Shown in pieces: positions 37,690 to 52,124 of a DNA stretch of 64,000 nucleotides (positions within the stretch are counted from its first letter, which is position 1; each line of letters starts with the position of its first letter). The stretch is from Octopus bimaculoides (lineage: Eukaryota), in assembly GCF_001194135.2 (NCBI RefSeq), contig NC_068986.1, positions 83,843,066 through 83,907,065 on the forward strand. The letters run 5' to 3'. A model generated the notes under the pieces. The model saw only the letters and a program-made list of their open reading frames with translations, searched no databases and was not told the DNA's origin. The position numbers and the translations under genes are program-made.

Positions 37690-38495
37690 TGGTCATGTGG
37701 TGAGAATGGATGAGGATAGCTGTGTGAAAAAGTGCCACACTCTAGTAAGACCTGGGATGAGGTGGTGAAGCACAACCTTCGAACATTAGGCCTCACCNNN
37801 NNNNNNNTGAAGCACAACCTTCGAACATTAGGCCTCACCGAGGCAATGACTAGTGACCGAGACCTTTGGAAATATGCTGTGCTTGAGAAGACCCGGCAAG
37901 CCAAGTGAGACCATAGCCCGTGGCTTATACCAGGGGTGTAACTAGCCCACTTATGCATACATTTCCTTCATTGGACACCAAACTCTGCTTGCGAAGACCT
38001 GTTGAGGCAAGTGAAATCAAAATTGAAAACAAATTCAATGACAGCACCGCATGACTGGCATCTGTGCTAGTGGAGCACTAAGAACACCATCCAAGCGTGA
38101 TCGTTGCCAGAGCAGCTGACTGGCTTCCGTGCCAGTGGTATGTAAAAGGCACCATTCGAGCGGGATTGTTATCAGTGTTGCCTTACTGGCACGTGAAAAA
38201 TATTCAAGCGAAGTTCTTGCCAGTGCCGCTGGACTGGCTCATGTGCAGGTAGCACATGAAAACACCATTTGAGCATGGCTGTTGCCAGTACTACCTGACT
38301 GGCTCTTGTGTTAGTGGCACGTAAAAGCAACCACTACACTCTCGGAGTGGTTGGCGTTAGGAAGGGCATCCAGCTGTAGAAACTCTGCCAGATCAGATTG
38401 GAGCCTGGTGCAGCCATCTGGTTCGACAGTCTTCAGTCAAATCCTCCAATCCCATGCCAGCATGGAAAGCGGATGTTAAACGATGATGGTGATGT
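37690..38495 (+). mobile_element. 5'-truncated RTE LINE (ORF end + 3' UTR + (GAT)n tail)
   Basis: GHVVRMDEDSCVKKCH…TWDEVVKHNLRTLGLT…LWKYAVLEKTRQAK*; similar to the reverse complement of 56284-57105. Confidence 0.9.
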
Positions 38496-38759
38496 TCAGT
38501 AAATGTTAGTTTCAGGCAAATTTCTGCTGCATCACCTGCTATACCTGTGTTGGGGTGTGTACAGCATTGAGTTTCAGTTTCTGTTTCAGTTTTAGATATA
38601 GTGCAGTCTTTTGTTGTATTTGTGTTTGTATTATGTGTTGTGCATGTAATGCATTGGGTACCCAGCTTTCTAGTGGTAGTTTATTTCATTGGATATTTGC
38701 TGTTTAGAGTGTGTTTTGTGCTTGTGGTTGTTTTATTTAGTTTGTATTATTGAATTGAT

Positions 38760-39140
38760 AGGATGTGGGCTGTTCCTAGCATGGTTAATTTTTTGGATAG
38801 TGTGTAGTGTCAGGTATAATTTCTATGTTTTTGTTCATATGTTTTTGAATCATGCTCAATGTTCCAATTATTACTGGTATTGTTTTCACCTTCATGCTCC
38901 ACATCTTGAATACTTCAAGATGTAGCTGATTACTACCTGTAACCTTAGGTATCCAAAAGTTTTCAGCATTCTTTCAAGTGCTTAGAACCCTTCTGATAAT
39001 CCTTGCTGTCCCTGAGAGACACACTTTCTGTAGGAGATCCACTGAGCATTCTATTTCAATCTGCTTCAGCCATTTGCTTACTGTTCCCAATGCACCAATT
39101 ATCATAGGCACAACATTTACTGTTCTCATTCTCCAATGTT
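38760..39140 (-). mobile_element. Two adjacent R4/Dong-like RLE 3' fragments
   Basis: Minus strand WRMRTVNVVPMIIGALGTV…LLQKVCLSGTARIIRRVLS, and MWSMKVKTIPVIIGTL…MLGTAHIL. Abuts ttattatt. Confidence 0.7.
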
Positions 39141-39147
39141 ATTATTA

Positions 39148-39535
39148 AGGCAGTTAGCTGGCAGAATCATTAGCACACTGGACAAAATGTATAGCAGCAT
39201 TTCATTCATATTTTGAGTTCAAATGAAGCTGAGGTCAACTTTACCTTCCATCCTTTTGGTGTCAATAAATTAAGTACCAGTCAAGCACTGGAGTCAATAC
39301 AACTAACTATCCCCATTGCTCAAAATTTCAGAACTTGTGTCTATAATAAGAGGGATTCCAGCACACCAGGCAAAATGCTGCTAAGCATTTTGTTCTGAGT
39401 TCAAATTCTGCTGAGGCCAACTCTGCCTGTCATCCTTTCAGGGTCAATAAAATGAGTACCAGTTGAGCTCTGGGGTCAATGTAATCAACTTACCTCCACC
39501 CCCAAAATTGCTGGCTTTGTGCCAAAATTTGAAAC
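39148..39535 (+). mobile_element. Two tandem SINE family B copies ending in (ATT)n
   Basis: Head aaggcagttagctggcagaatcattagc, B-box gagttcaaat, tail aaatttgaaactattatt. Confidence 0.85.
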
Positions 39536-39558
39536 TATTATTATTATTATCATCATCA

Positions 39559-39654
<96 letters not shown>

Positions 39655-39655
39655 A
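39536..39655. repeat. Compound (ATT)n(CAT)n microsatellite
   Basis: Direct observation. Confidence 0.97.
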
Positions 39656-40260
39656 AAAATTATAGTGTTTTTTAGTTTTGCAATGTGTGTGTGCATGTGC
39701 GCACATGTGCATACACACACACAGCCTTCTATTTCTTTTCTCTAAATCAAATCTGCCTCCACTGTTTCATTGCCCAACATCTTTACTACCACACACAAAT
39801 CTCTCTCCCTCTGCCATTCTTCCTATCATTTTGTTACTTTCTATATACTTGTTATTTAATCACATTGCCTCTCTAATTCCTCCTGGCTATTGTGAGCTTT
39901 ATCTTCTTTCTGAACTGTGTTTTTTTCTCCCCTTCCTCTTTTCTTTTTTCCATTTCTCTCTTTATTTTACTCTCATTGCTTGACAGATTGTCTCACAATC
40001 TACCTATACCTATTCCTACTCTGTCATTCTCCCTCTATCCATTTTTCTAATCTATATATAACACACACACATACATTTTTTCCCCCAAATGTCTTTGTTC
40101 TTGCTTTATTCTTTTTCTGTAAATAAATGGATATGTATGTTAGAGACTGACTTGAGATTTGGTTTCTATATTTAATACACTTATTTCAGACAACACTTCC
40201 TTTCTTTTTCACTAATAAGTCTTTCCAATTATAATTGTAATCTTCTTTACTATTTGTCAG

Positions 40261-40433
40261 TATTGATTGCGTTGGAATTTTGAAGTTGAGAAATGCTGAT
40301 GTCGAACAAAGAATTGGTGTGGCTAAGACTAAGAAGCGAAGCACTCGCGCTCGAATGGTATTCAGAACAATTTTTACAAGATCTGATGGTGTGCAACAGA
40401 TACTTCAAGTCACCTCTTCCCCTATTGTTTGCA
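40261..40433 (+). CDS. NFAT5: NFAT5-like RHD exon ([20 protein letters not shown]…TRARMVFR…SSPIVC)
   Basis: Conserved [14 protein letters not shown] motif. Acceptor tttgtcag, donor A|gtaagt. Confidence 0.97.
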
Positions 40434-40583
40434 GTAAGTTTTTTTTTTCTTTTACCATTCACAGAATCAAGTCTTTCTTTCTAGCTTGAAGGACTCTAAG
40501 CTGTTTCCCTACCACCTGCTGCACAGATAGAGCTGGTTTGTGATTGATTCAAATCTCATTTAGTCATATCACTTTAGTTTCAA

Positions 40584-40584
<1 letters not shown>

Positions 40585-40622
<38 letters not shown>

Positions 40623-40887
40623 TTCTCTCTCTCTCTTTCTCTCTCTCTCTTTCTCTCTCTCTCTTTCTCTCTCTCTNNNNNNNNNNNNNNNNNNNNNNNN
40701 NNNNNNNNNNNNNNNNNNNNNNNNNNNNNNNNNNNNNNNNNNNNNNNNNNNNNNNNNNNNNNNNNNNNNNNNNNNNNNNNNNNNNNNNNNNNNNNNNNNN
40801 NNNNNNNNNNNNNNNNNNNNNNNNNNNNNNNNNNNNNNNNNNNNNNNNNNNNNNNNNNNNNNNNNNNNNNNNNNNNNNNNNNNNNNN

Positions 40888-40958
<71 letters not shown>
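40585..40958. repeat. (CT)n microsatellite spanning a gap
   Basis: Direct observation. Confidence 0.95.
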
Positions 40959-40961
<3 letters not shown>

Positions 40962-41598
40962 ACTCACTCTCTCCTTTTTCTATGTTAAACATACTCCATC
41001 TCCCATGTCTCTGTTATCTTGGTTTATTTTTCTGTGCCCCCTCCTAATTACTTCTGTCTCAATGCAGCCCACCACTTTTGAAATCTCCTCTTACTACTTC
41101 TATCTTTCTCAATAGCTCTCTTAATACTCACCTTCACATTTCTTTTCCATGCTAGCATGGAAGACAGATGTTAAACAATGATGATGATGACTCCTCTCTT
41201 CCTTTCTCAACACTCCATTCTTATATTTAGGCTAACCTGCAGGTTATATCAAAGCAACAAGTTCAGTTGGCCAGAGTTTTTGCAATATCAAAGACCTGAC
41301 ACAAGAGTACACATACATGTATTTAATACACTGATTTATATTGTATTCATGAGCAAATTCTTGCTTATCAAGTAGACAATCATTTCTTGTTTGGAGGATT
41401 TTTTTTAGTGTGTGTAGTGGTTTGTACACTGCTTTAAGTGTTTTTTTATTGCTGTTATATAGGGAGTAATGTTTGCTTGTTATAGGGTCAACAGATGTTC
41501 AAATTTTTTAAATATGTTAAATAAAAGGTAAATGTTTGAAAATCAACCAAGCATTTGCAATCTTTATTATTCCTCTCTTTCTTTTACAACTACTTCAG

Positions 41599-41789
41599 CC
41601 CAACCAGTTGGACAGCCTGAAGTGTCACGACTGAGTTTAACATCATGTACTGTGAAAGGTGGAAAAGACTTGTTTATAATTGGGAAGAATTTTATGAAAG
41701 GAACCAAGGTTTACTTTCGTGAAACAGTCGATGAAAGCAAAGTCATATGGGAGAAAGAAGCAGAAATAGAGAAAGATTATTTTCAACCT
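41599..41789 (+). CDS. NFAT5: NFAT5-like IPT/dimerisation-domain exon (TQPVGQPEVSRLSLTSCTVKGGKDLFIIGKNFMKGTKV…YFQP)
   Basis: Conserved TQPxGxPE…IGKNFxKGTKV motif. Acceptor tacttcag, donor CCT|gtaagt. Confidence 0.97.
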
Positions 41790-42940
41790 GTAAGTTTCTA
41801 ATTTCAATTATATATTTATCTTCAAGTTTTCATTTTTGACTTTTAATATAATACTTTTTCATTCTGAATAACATATGCTTAACTTTTTATTTGTTTTACT
41901 ATTTTATCTATATGTCTTGATAATAGAATTTATAATCTATATAGAATTAATTTTTGGTATTGGAAATAGTATTAAGAATAATAATGATAACTGATTATAA
42001 TTTTTTGTTTTTAATTCGTTTATTCTTTTTCCTTTTGGTTCTCTTTATGAAAAGGATTTCCAACAAGTAATGTAAGTTCTTAGAAGATGAAACACCATTC
42101 TCATTTCCAGAACTTTTTTATATATCTAAAGTGATGTCCTATTTATTAGTATTTTGATCCTAAAGAACCCTTTTTGAAACACTCATGTAAAGATTTTAAT
42201 AAGTATTGCAATCTTAAAGAAACTTGTGCATTACAAAAAGCTCCAATTGTTTACAATAATAAATGCTACCATATTCCCTCTTTGCAGCTAAGTATCTTGA
42301 CTATAAACACACTGCAATTCCATGGACAGAGAAATCAACCCAACCCATTAACTAGATGATCAGCTGTAGCTGATGTGCTTTGCATAAGGAACTTTAAAAT
42401 TAAAAATTTATATTATTTTATATTTTATTGGACAAGAATTAGTTATATAATTGTTTTTAAAGGAGACAGAATGTGTGTTTATGCATGTATACATACATGC
42501 ATGCATGAAAGTATGTATGTTTGTATGTATGTACGTATGTATGCATGCATGTATGCATGCACACATGCATACACACACACTCTGTCTTCTTTTATCTTCA
42601 TGTAATTTCCTTTGTGGATTTTTGTTTATAATGAAAATGTTAGTCATAGTGGTATATGAATTCCATTTTCATACAATACATAGTCTGCCCATCCTGATTT
42701 TTTATATATATATGACATAGTCAGATTAGGAAGGATAGCATCTTCTCAGCTTGGTCCTTGCAATAGGGTAGGATCACAATGGGGTTTGGTCTTACCTTTA
42801 CCATAACAGTTTGGTTGAATACAGTTGTTAGGTTTTGCAGTGGGTATTTATATTTCTACAATGCCACCTTTTGAGATGGTGTATTTCTTATTCAATAGCA
42901 TTGTTATTGGAGCAGACAGTTTTAGTCTGATGATGTTTGT

Positions 42941-42973
<33 letters not shown>

Positions 42974-42976
<3 letters not shown>

Positions 42977-44213
42977 TGGGTTATCCCATAAATAATGTGG
43001 TATTTTCAATTGTATGAACTAAAAGTTGGAGTTGGATGGGATAAACTACCTGCATCAACTTGCTTTAAAAACAGGTAGTAGTTTTACCTTGTCCTTATTC
43101 TTAGTGCAAGTTTTGAAGAGTGCAGTTCGATTTTAGCAGTTATTTTTGCAAAGCTATAATGGATATAACAAAAGAGCATATTCAGCACATTTTGCTTTAT
43201 TAGTTCAATAAAGGCAACAACACAACAGAAAGTGCAAGGAATATTAATGCAGTATATGGAGATCAGACAATAAACATAAGCCAGTGTCAACGGTGGTTCC
43301 AGAAATTCCAAGCCAGAAACTACAGCCTGGAAGATGTGCCTTGCCCTGGAAGATCTGTAGAACTTGACAATGATGTCCTGCAAACCCTGGTGGAACAAAA
43401 TCCCGTCGTAACTGTTGAGGAACTAGCAGAGAAGCTTGGATTTAGTCATTCAACCATTCATCGACACCTGCATGCCATTGGAAAAGTTTGCAAATTAGGT
43501 CAGTGGGTTCCTCACAAACTTTCTGAGTCTAATCACTTGCAGAGAGTGAATGTGTGCTCTTCTTTGCTGTCACCTCTCACAAATGAACCTTTTTTGGACC
43601 AAATAGCGACTGGTGACGAGAAATGGGTTCTCTATAAAAATGTCAAGCACCAAAGACAGTGGGTAGGGAAAGGAGAAACACCAGCACCCCAGGGTTAAAG
43701 AAGGTCTTCACCCACATAAGGTGTTATTATCTGATTGGTGGGATATGAAATGTTTAGTCCATTTAGAACTTTTAAACCCAAACCAAATGATAACAAAGAA
43801 GATCTACTGTGAGCAGCTTGTGCGGCTTAAGTAAGCACTAGAAGAAAAACAACTGTCTTTGGTTTCAAGACGAAAGGTGTTCTTCCATCAGGATAATTCT
43901 TGGCCACATACAGCAAGGATGACATTCCAAAAGCTGGAACAGTTTGAATGGGAAACGATGCCCCACCCACCATATTAACTGGACATTGTCTCATCTGATT
44001 ATCATTTATTCTGCAATCTTGAAAACCATTTGAGCTGAAAAAATATGAATTCTGTAGATGATGTCAGAATAGTACTGGAGGAATATTTTTCATCACGACA
44101 AGTGAATTTTGGAAGAGGGGCCTTGCAAATCTACCAGATAGATGAAAGAGAGTATATTTTAGAAAAATAAAAGAAGTATAAAAAGACCTCATTATTTATG
44201 GGATGAACCAATA
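42974..44213 (+). mobile_element. Near full-length mariner transposon (D,D34D), pseudogenised
   Basis: TIRs TA-ttgggttatcccataaataatg and cattatttatgggatgaaccaa-TA. Transposase motifs WVPHKL, TGDEKW, HQDN and PHPPY*…SSDYHLF with 34 residues between the last two Asp. In-frame stops and a frameshift near 43690. Confidence 0.96.
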
Positions 44214-47114
44214 TTTATACACTGTAAGGTATAATATATACACAATGTAAGTGGGATTCATTATTTAGGTGATTCTAGAGATTCACTTTTAATACACAGG
44301 TGCTATTATGCCTGCCTTTGTACTCTTTAACAGTACATTTACAGCTAATCATAGATAATTAATATTATTGTTATTGTTGTTTGCTGTGGGCATCTTTCTT
44401 TACAGAGCTCTATTTAGGTGATTTCTTCCAAATTACATAATGGAAACATATTCTTTCTTTTTTTCAACAACAAAGAGCATTGCAATATTTAAACATCCAC
44501 TCCATTACCTGGGTTGTAAAAGGAGGTTTGTTTCTAGATATCTTATTGTAAATATCTATTTTTGCAAACATCCATTTTGTTTTATTCACTAATGGTTTAG
44601 TATGGCTTCCACTGTGGCAACAAAGAAGAGATCTTAACCACAATGGTGGTAGCAATAAATATAACCTCCCCTCTCCCTATTGAAGAAAGAAAAACAGAAA
44701 AAAAAACTGTCAGTCAAACACTGTTAATAAGCACAAACAACTACAATTTGAAGAGCACAAAAGAAAAAGTGGTGAAAATACAAATTTGAACTACATTGAA
44801 AAGCAACAATATATCTATTGCTAGCCTTGCATCTGTTTTCAAAAAAATTAAGAGCAATTCCATATACCCTTGAAAGAGAAGCTGGAGGGAATTATGGATC
44901 TGTGTATGATAGGATATATGCTCCCTCAACAGGAGCAGGAAGTGCATGCCTATTATTTTAACACTGAAGATGAAGCAAGAAGGCAGGCATGACTCAGGCA
45001 CTTTATTCCTGCAGAGACTCCAAGCAGCTGTTCTCCTTCACCATCTTGCAGCTATGGTGAGAAGATGGAATCTGAAGAAATGTAAGGGAAACCATCAGGG
45101 AAGTAAAAGAAGCAAGACCACCAGAATCAAAAAAAGAATAAGCCCAAACTAAAGGCAAGTAGGATACTCAAAGTCTCTCGTGAAAAGCCCCAGTCCCTTT
45201 TCCTGGGGAACTTGGACTTTATAGCTCTCCAAACTGAAAACCTGGACCTAATGAATCTGCCAAGGAAGAAGCTAAGAAACAAGAGAAATGTTAATGCTTG
45301 TTGAGGAAGAAATAGGGGATAAGTATGTATATCTGATCACAAACTGGTAGAAGGTTGGTGAAAAGCCTCTGAACAATCTAGCAAGAACTGTAGAGTACCA
45401 CTTTAAGGATGTAATAAACTGTATAGTTTTGCTAACATCAAAGATGTTCTTAGGCAGATTCACAGAACCTAAGTTACAGACTTGTTGAAATTACAATGTT
45501 TCTTAATCCTACCTAAATGGCTGCTTCCCACACATTTCCGGATGGGCCACCTCTATTGTTTTGTATACTAAATTTTTACCCTGTTTTAAAATATCATATT
45601 CCCAACTTCTTGTTTATTATATACGTGTACAGCTCCACATGTTTTGTATGATACATTTTGTATTTTATGTATGGTTCGTTGAGGCCAGTGAGAAAAGGAT
45701 TAGGATGATTTTGAACAATTTAAACTATTCTTACAATAAAAACAACATTGATTATGATGATATATACACACACACTATACATTTTACCAAGCAAAGGGAT
45801 CCCTGAAGAGTTGAATTGAGAAACAAGGGAAACATTTGCAGCCTTCCATATTTAACTGGTGCTACCACCAACAGATTAACCCGAGATATGAATTATCTGG
45901 TGGAATAGAAGTTTGCCTTGCAGAGTTGTGTGGCAAGGTATGGTGCATCCATGCTTATGTCTGTCATCAAATAGCACAGAAATTAGAAAATAACTTCTCT
46001 GCATCTCAGAAGACATTGTTTTTGCTCATGCTTCTGAAAAAATAATTGCAGGCAATACTGCTTAATGTGTGGAATAACATATCTTCCACATAGCCAAGGA
46101 AGACATTATGGAATGAAATACATGATATTCAAAATGGAGTGTAAGGCAATGTATATATGTGTGTGTGTGTGTGTGTGTGTACACAATACACCGGCCTAGA
46201 AACTAGTGAGGCATTATACGAATCACCGTTAAAGGATATTACTGAAAATGACTGTAGAAAACCATGTAGCAGTTGTGGAGCTGTGAACCATCATGGGTGC
46301 AGAAAGAATAGTCATGAGACAGACAGTGCAAAGCCTGAAAACCAGTTGTTACACATATAGCAATAACCACTTGAGTGCTTTCTGCCATGAGTAACTAGAG
46401 AAGTATAAGAAATGAAATCAGTAGAACCAACAATAGCTGGTTCCAGTGACTGCTATTAACCAAATGACCACCAGTTGCACCTTCAGTATACCTCCAAGAA
46501 CCGAAAGTAGAATACTAGTCACAACCAGTTGTGTCCTGTTCTCTTTCCTCCATCAATGAAGTCGATAGGAAGATCAAGTAGAGATGGCAAATTGTTGGTT
46601 CACTTCAGTCATTGAAGAAATCAAAACTAAGAAACCCACCTCTCCATCAGAAACCATGAAGTTCACAGTACTGAGGACATTTAAAAAGGACTTGATGAAC
46701 TTTTTAATCAAATTGCAAGAGAAAATGAAATCAAGAAGATACTTATTTATGAAGAAATGAGAGCAAAGTATTGAAGATACTTAAGAGATTGCTGGTGAAA
46801 ATCATATGAAGAGTTTATTGCTATATGTACTGGAGATTTCAGCAGGATGTGAGCCTCTTTCTACCCACTCACTCCCAAACTACTTATAGACTTGTTCATG
46901 ATGAAGCAAATTTGAATAGCAAGTAGGCTGATTCATGAGATACTTTAAGCCATCCTAGCTAGAGGCTTTTTCACATATATGTATGGATAATTTACGCTAA
47001 ATGTTTTTCATATTTTTTAATTATATTTTTTTGTTACTTTGTTTTAATATAATTTATATCAAATTTTAACAAGCTCTTATATATATATATATGTGTATGT
47101 ATGTACCTATACCA

Positions 47115-47715
47115 TCATCATCATAATATAACATCTGCTTTTCATGGGTTGGACGGTTTGGCTGAAAACTGGTAAGCCGAGGGGCTGCACCAGGTTCCAA
47201 TCTGATTTGGCAAGGTTTCTATAGCTGAATGCCCTTCCTAATGCCAACCACTCCAAATGTGTAGTGGATGGTTTTTATGTGCCACAGGCATGGGTGCCAA
47301 TGACCTGACACTGCCATCTGCCACGACTACAGTCTCACTTGGTTTGACAGGTCTACACAAGCATGGTATATAGCCAAAGGTCTTGGTCACTTGTCACTGC
47401 CTCCATGAGGCCCAATGCTCAAATGGTGCTTTTTACATACCACCAGCCACAAATACGATTTCACTTGGTTCAACAGATTTTCACAAGCACAGCATATCGC
47501 CCAATTATTGAAGGATGCTTTCAACGGGCCAGTTATGTGACATTGGCATTGGCCACAACTATGATCTCACTTGGCTTGACATCACTGCCTTCATGAGGCC
47601 CAATGCTAGAATGGTGCTTTTTACATGCTACTGGCATGGGTGCCAGTCAGATGGCACTGGCATTGGCCACGACTACAACTTCGCTTGGTTCGACAGGGCT
47701 TCATAAGCACAGCAT
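47115..47715 (-). mobile_element. RTE 3' UTR-derived mosaic with internal duplications
   Basis: Begins catcatcatc…ttccatg-like tail. cactgcc.catgaggcccaatgct…aatggtgctttttaca occurs near 47394 and 47584. Confidence 0.75.
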
Positions 47716-48054
47716 GTGTGGAGTTCATTCATAAACTCCACACAAAACATGGACAAAAAAATTATTTTTAAGAAAATATGTAATTAAAATAATTTTAATG
47801 CCATGATTAATGAAAGCGAAACCAGTCAACAAACATAATATAGAATATATTAAAAAATATATTAAAACTATGTAAAGTATGAGCATTTTCCTTCTTTGAT
47901 TTTTCTTTTTATATATTATAACTCACCATGTAGGGATAATCAAAATTCCTCCCTTTCTGTTANNNNNNNNNNNNNNNNNNNNNNNNNNNNNNNNNNNNNN
48001 NNNNNNNNNNNNNNNNNNNNNNNNNNNNNNNNNNNNNNNNNNNNNNNNNNNNNN

Positions 48055-48093
<39 letters not shown>

Positions 48094-48401
48094 ATATCTG
48101 TGTGTTTGTATATATATATATATGTGTGTGTGTGTGTATGCATATATCTTTATCTATACATGCATACATATGCACAGGGTGGAAATAATAAAGAAATTAC
48201 TATTATTATTATTATTATTATTAATTCTGTCATTTTTATCAGCACTTATAAGTCCCTTAAAAAATTTAGACATAGGCCGAAACTTCTGCATAATAATTGT
48301 TTGTTCTTCATGAAATTAAAATGCACTGCTATTTATCCAAAGGGTTGAAACTGATACTGTTATTCAAGTGATTATTTACTGTGATAGTGTCCCTTTTACA
48401 G

Positions 48402-48525
48402 ACCCATTTGATCTGTATAGTCCCGGAGTACTTCAATTTGGATATCACAAAGCCTGTCGAAGTGAACTTGGTGGTCAGTTGCTGTGGTAAGCGAGGTGAG
48501 CCACGCCAGTTTACCTATCAGCCTT
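48402..48525 (+). CDS. NFAT5: NFAT5-like IPT exon (THLICIVPEYFNLDITKPVEV…FTYQP)
   Basis: HLIxxVPxY…FTYxP marks the end of the IPT domain. Acceptor cttttacag, donor T|gtaagt (phase 1). Confidence 0.95.
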
Positions 48526-49051
48526 GTAAGTATAAGCTTTTTTCTATGTTTTTGTTGGTGTTCCCAGTTATTGCCAGTCTTTTAGCCTTCTTCTCACTGT
48601 GGCTGAAATTTCCTCTTAAAGTTAGACAGTTAGCTGTATAATCAAGCCAAATTTCATTAGTTAATTAAAATTTCTTAGACATTTAATGATATATAAATTT
48701 ATTTTTTTTAAAATGATTATTAGGTGTCTTAGTTAAATCATTTGTTTCTGTTTGCTTTCTATAAAAAAGAAAAATGGACTAAAAAGATTTCTGCTCTTTT
48801 ATAAAAAAAAGATATTGAAGCAAAATTTTAATATTTTAGTTATGATGTGTTAGATTTATAAAAATATTCCTCATAAAAAATATCTGCAAATATGTAGATT
48901 GACATTACTATAATTATTGTAATATAAACATTTTTTTTAATAATCTACTTTATACAAAAATTTTTCCTGAGTTTTCATGTTGGTATTTATAGCTAAAATT
49001 TGAGAATCTGGACTGCAAGTGATATATATATTTATGATGTACGTATATATG

Positions 49052-49109
<58 letters not shown>

Positions 49110-51932
49110 TATATATGCATATGTATATATGCAGTGCAGCAATGTTTTTCCAGACATCCAGCGCAAACTTTGCTCTGCATGCTGTTACTAATGCATTCTC
49201 CTTGACACACTTTATAATTTGCTTGCTTACCAACATGAAAGTGCTCAATCTGCCTGTTTAGCTTCCCAACTATACAGCTACAGTGTTAAGGATGGCACTT
49301 TGTTGAGTGTTGTCGCATTGATAAGTGATACCATCATTTCAAGAGAGTTTCAGCAATTTCTATTGTAATAGTTAACTTATAAAATCTTATCATGACAGCA
49401 CTTGACATAGGCTGGTTTTTGTTTTGAGTTTATTTTCTTTTCTTATGTTTTCTTTTTGTCCCTTGCTCTAATTACATTAGATCTAAAATGGCTCAAGCAA
49501 ACCTACTTTCAGTGTAGATTTTTTTTCCTTAACTGTATCCAGTAAACCTCTTAAGTGAAATTTCAGACTTAGGCCAGAAGTATAAGGAAAGGGAAAGGCA
49601 TGTTAAAGAATTACAGTAGAACTCACTAAGGCAATATCATGTTTTCTACAAAAGGAATTTGAAAGATCCTCCTTTGTACCAGTATTGAATAAAGTGGTGT
49701 TATCAAACACAAAATAGATAAGTGGTTTAATTATCCAGATTTCATGGACCCTTTCTTCTTCAATTGAACTGCCAACTGGTTCTGTAGTAATTTATTTTGA
49801 CAATTCTAAGTTAGAAATTAATGTCTATACAAGGTCAGGACCATTATAGAACAAAATCATTCTAAGTTGATGATAGTGACTTGACCAGTCAGAAAATAGT
49901 GAAGTTATTTGTAGTCCTCTCCTTTCTTGATGTTGGAATTTGAAAAGAAAACTTTTTCTCACATTTAAGTATTAAGAGTTGGCAAGAAATTTAGGATATT
50001 TTAGTCCAAGTTCTATTTAACCTACTGTCACTTTAAAGAAATAATTTTCAAAATGTTTATATTTATGATAAGCAAAGAAAATATTGACCTACTCTTGACA
50101 GTGTGAATTTATTTTACATGGTCATCCAGAATTATAACTTCTGCTTTAGATTTACACAAATTTTTAGCACAACTTAAATGGTATTAAGCAGAGCAAGTGA
50201 ACCAACTGATCACTTATGCTTTGATCTGCTAGAACCCGCATTGTTCTACATAACTCCCTCTCCATTTGACATGTCTACTACTGTTTTCAAGAGATATAAA
50301 CAAACAGCTGGACACAGCAACAACTTAATAGAACAATACTGCAGCTTTATAACTTTTACTTGCATTGCATAGACATAAATTAAACATACACCGAAAAGAG
50401 CTGCATAATAATAATATGGCTTCATATAGGTGGAATTATGTTGAGTTGTTTTTAACTAGGTGTAATCTGACCTACCTGCATCACAAGAAGCCCATTAAAT
50501 ATGCCATTTATTGCTGATGTGATGTTATGTTATTAATTCACAACTAATGGCTGACTTGGTTAATTTAGGATTTTAAATCAGAAATGTGAGCTCCAAACGA
50601 TTCAGTATTCTACAATTAGTTTCTGTGTTGCAGCTTCAAATATATTATCGCATTAATTTACTAACTTCATATAATCATCCTAAATGCATGGATTCATTAT
50701 GTAGTCCCTGTACATAATATTGAAAGCCATTGTTTCAGAAGAAGTTTTGAAGGAATTGTATATTTCAAGTAAAGAGCAGAGGAAAATGCTCTCTCACTAA
50801 GATAAATTTTATGGAGAAGTATAGTTATTGTTTAGTCCCAAGAGAGTCCTAGAGTCCTGACCAAATAGACCTGTGGTCAAAAATGTTCCAGTATTGACCA
50901 TATTGTCTTCTTTTTTTTCTTTTCTATAGCCTTAGTGTATTTAGGGCCACATTATCCAATGTGTAAATGTTTATGATTTGAAGAAGATTTGGATGCTATT
51001 TCTAGCAGGCTGAACAGCTGCATCAAGGTGTCCCTCTGATTTCTGTGAAGTGTTGATAGAAACTTTGAAGTGTTAATAATGTGTGGCTATTGAAATTTAG
51101 GTAGTTTTCTTCTATAAACCAGACTGTAGAATTTATCAACATTATTTAGTAAAATTCTGTATTTATTAAATATATTTATATTTTGGATTCCAAAAAGATC
51201 CGGTCCTCATTATGTGTTGCAAACATGCAAGCATGTACAATATTTAGCAACACACATATCTTTTAAGACTTAATGCTACTGAACATCAACAAGCATACAA
51301 AATTGTTTGTTGTATCTTTTTCATATGTTCTTGTCTCAGGAATTTCTATTCATCTTCATTGTGTTACTAATTTCTTCAGTTTCTCTCATATTCAGCTTTC
51401 TTCTAATACTCTCCTCCACTAACAGCTACTGGTTGTTTCGGTTAGAATTAAAGACTCACTTACTTCCCTTTAGGTTTACTCACTTACTTCCCTTTAACAT
51501 TGATCTCTTTTTATCTACCTGTCCTAATGTTGGTGAGAAAGGAACCTGAAAAGGATAACAGTGCTTGTTAAAAACTGAAAAATTGTCATCAACTTCCTTT
51601 AAATATTAGAAAGTAGCATGGCATACTTCATAACTTCTGTTATATTGTCCCGTCCATTTGATACTGATGAGAAGAAGATAAAAACAAATCTGAAACTGAT
51701 AGAAAGGATAAGCATTTTTAGCAGGTATTTACTTGTTTTCAGTACTTCAGTATTTTCAGCATATTAACGACTTACACTTGTTAAACTTAAAGGTTTTAGT
51801 TCTCATCAGCTCTGTTTAAGTAATTTCTGTAAGAGTTTAGCACTAATACTGAACAAATGAAGGATTATGTCAAAATGTTGCCTCTAGCTTCTTTTGAATT
51901 TTCATACTTACATACATACATACATACATGTG

Positions 51933-51995
<63 letters not shown>

Positions 51996-52124
51996 CAGTA
52001 TAGATACATACATATAAGCACATATATATACATATTTTCGGGCATTTTTTTCTCATTTTGTTAATTAGTAGTCTTAGTATTATACTTGGAAAGACCGGTT
52101 TTGGTGTCTGTGACAAGTAGAGTA

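Larger units (their letters stand above)
3555..48525 (+). other. NFAT5: Span of NFAT5-like gene (8 exons found; 5' and 3' ends probably incomplete)
   Basis: Exons 3555-3602, 22099-22176, 22363-23149, 34027-34264, 35037-35227, 40261-40433, 41599-41789 and 48402-48525 join with AG/GT boundaries. Intron phases 1,1,2,0,2,1,0 give one open frame: 1810 nt from ATG 3575, i.e. 603 codons + 1 nt. Confidence 0.93.

Noticed and set aside
37764-37838. Direct repeat tgaagcacaaccttcgaacattaggcctcacc on both sides of an N run
   Set aside because: Identical copies across a gap indicate contig-overlap artefact.
44800-46900. Complex, purine-rich non-repetitive sequence suggestive of a decayed element
   Set aside because: No interpretable domain or termini could be read; left unannotated.
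51662-51696. CTGATGA…GAAAC hammerhead-like core on the + strand
   Set aside because: Extra bases before stem II, and no compatible stem III, NUH site or stem I.
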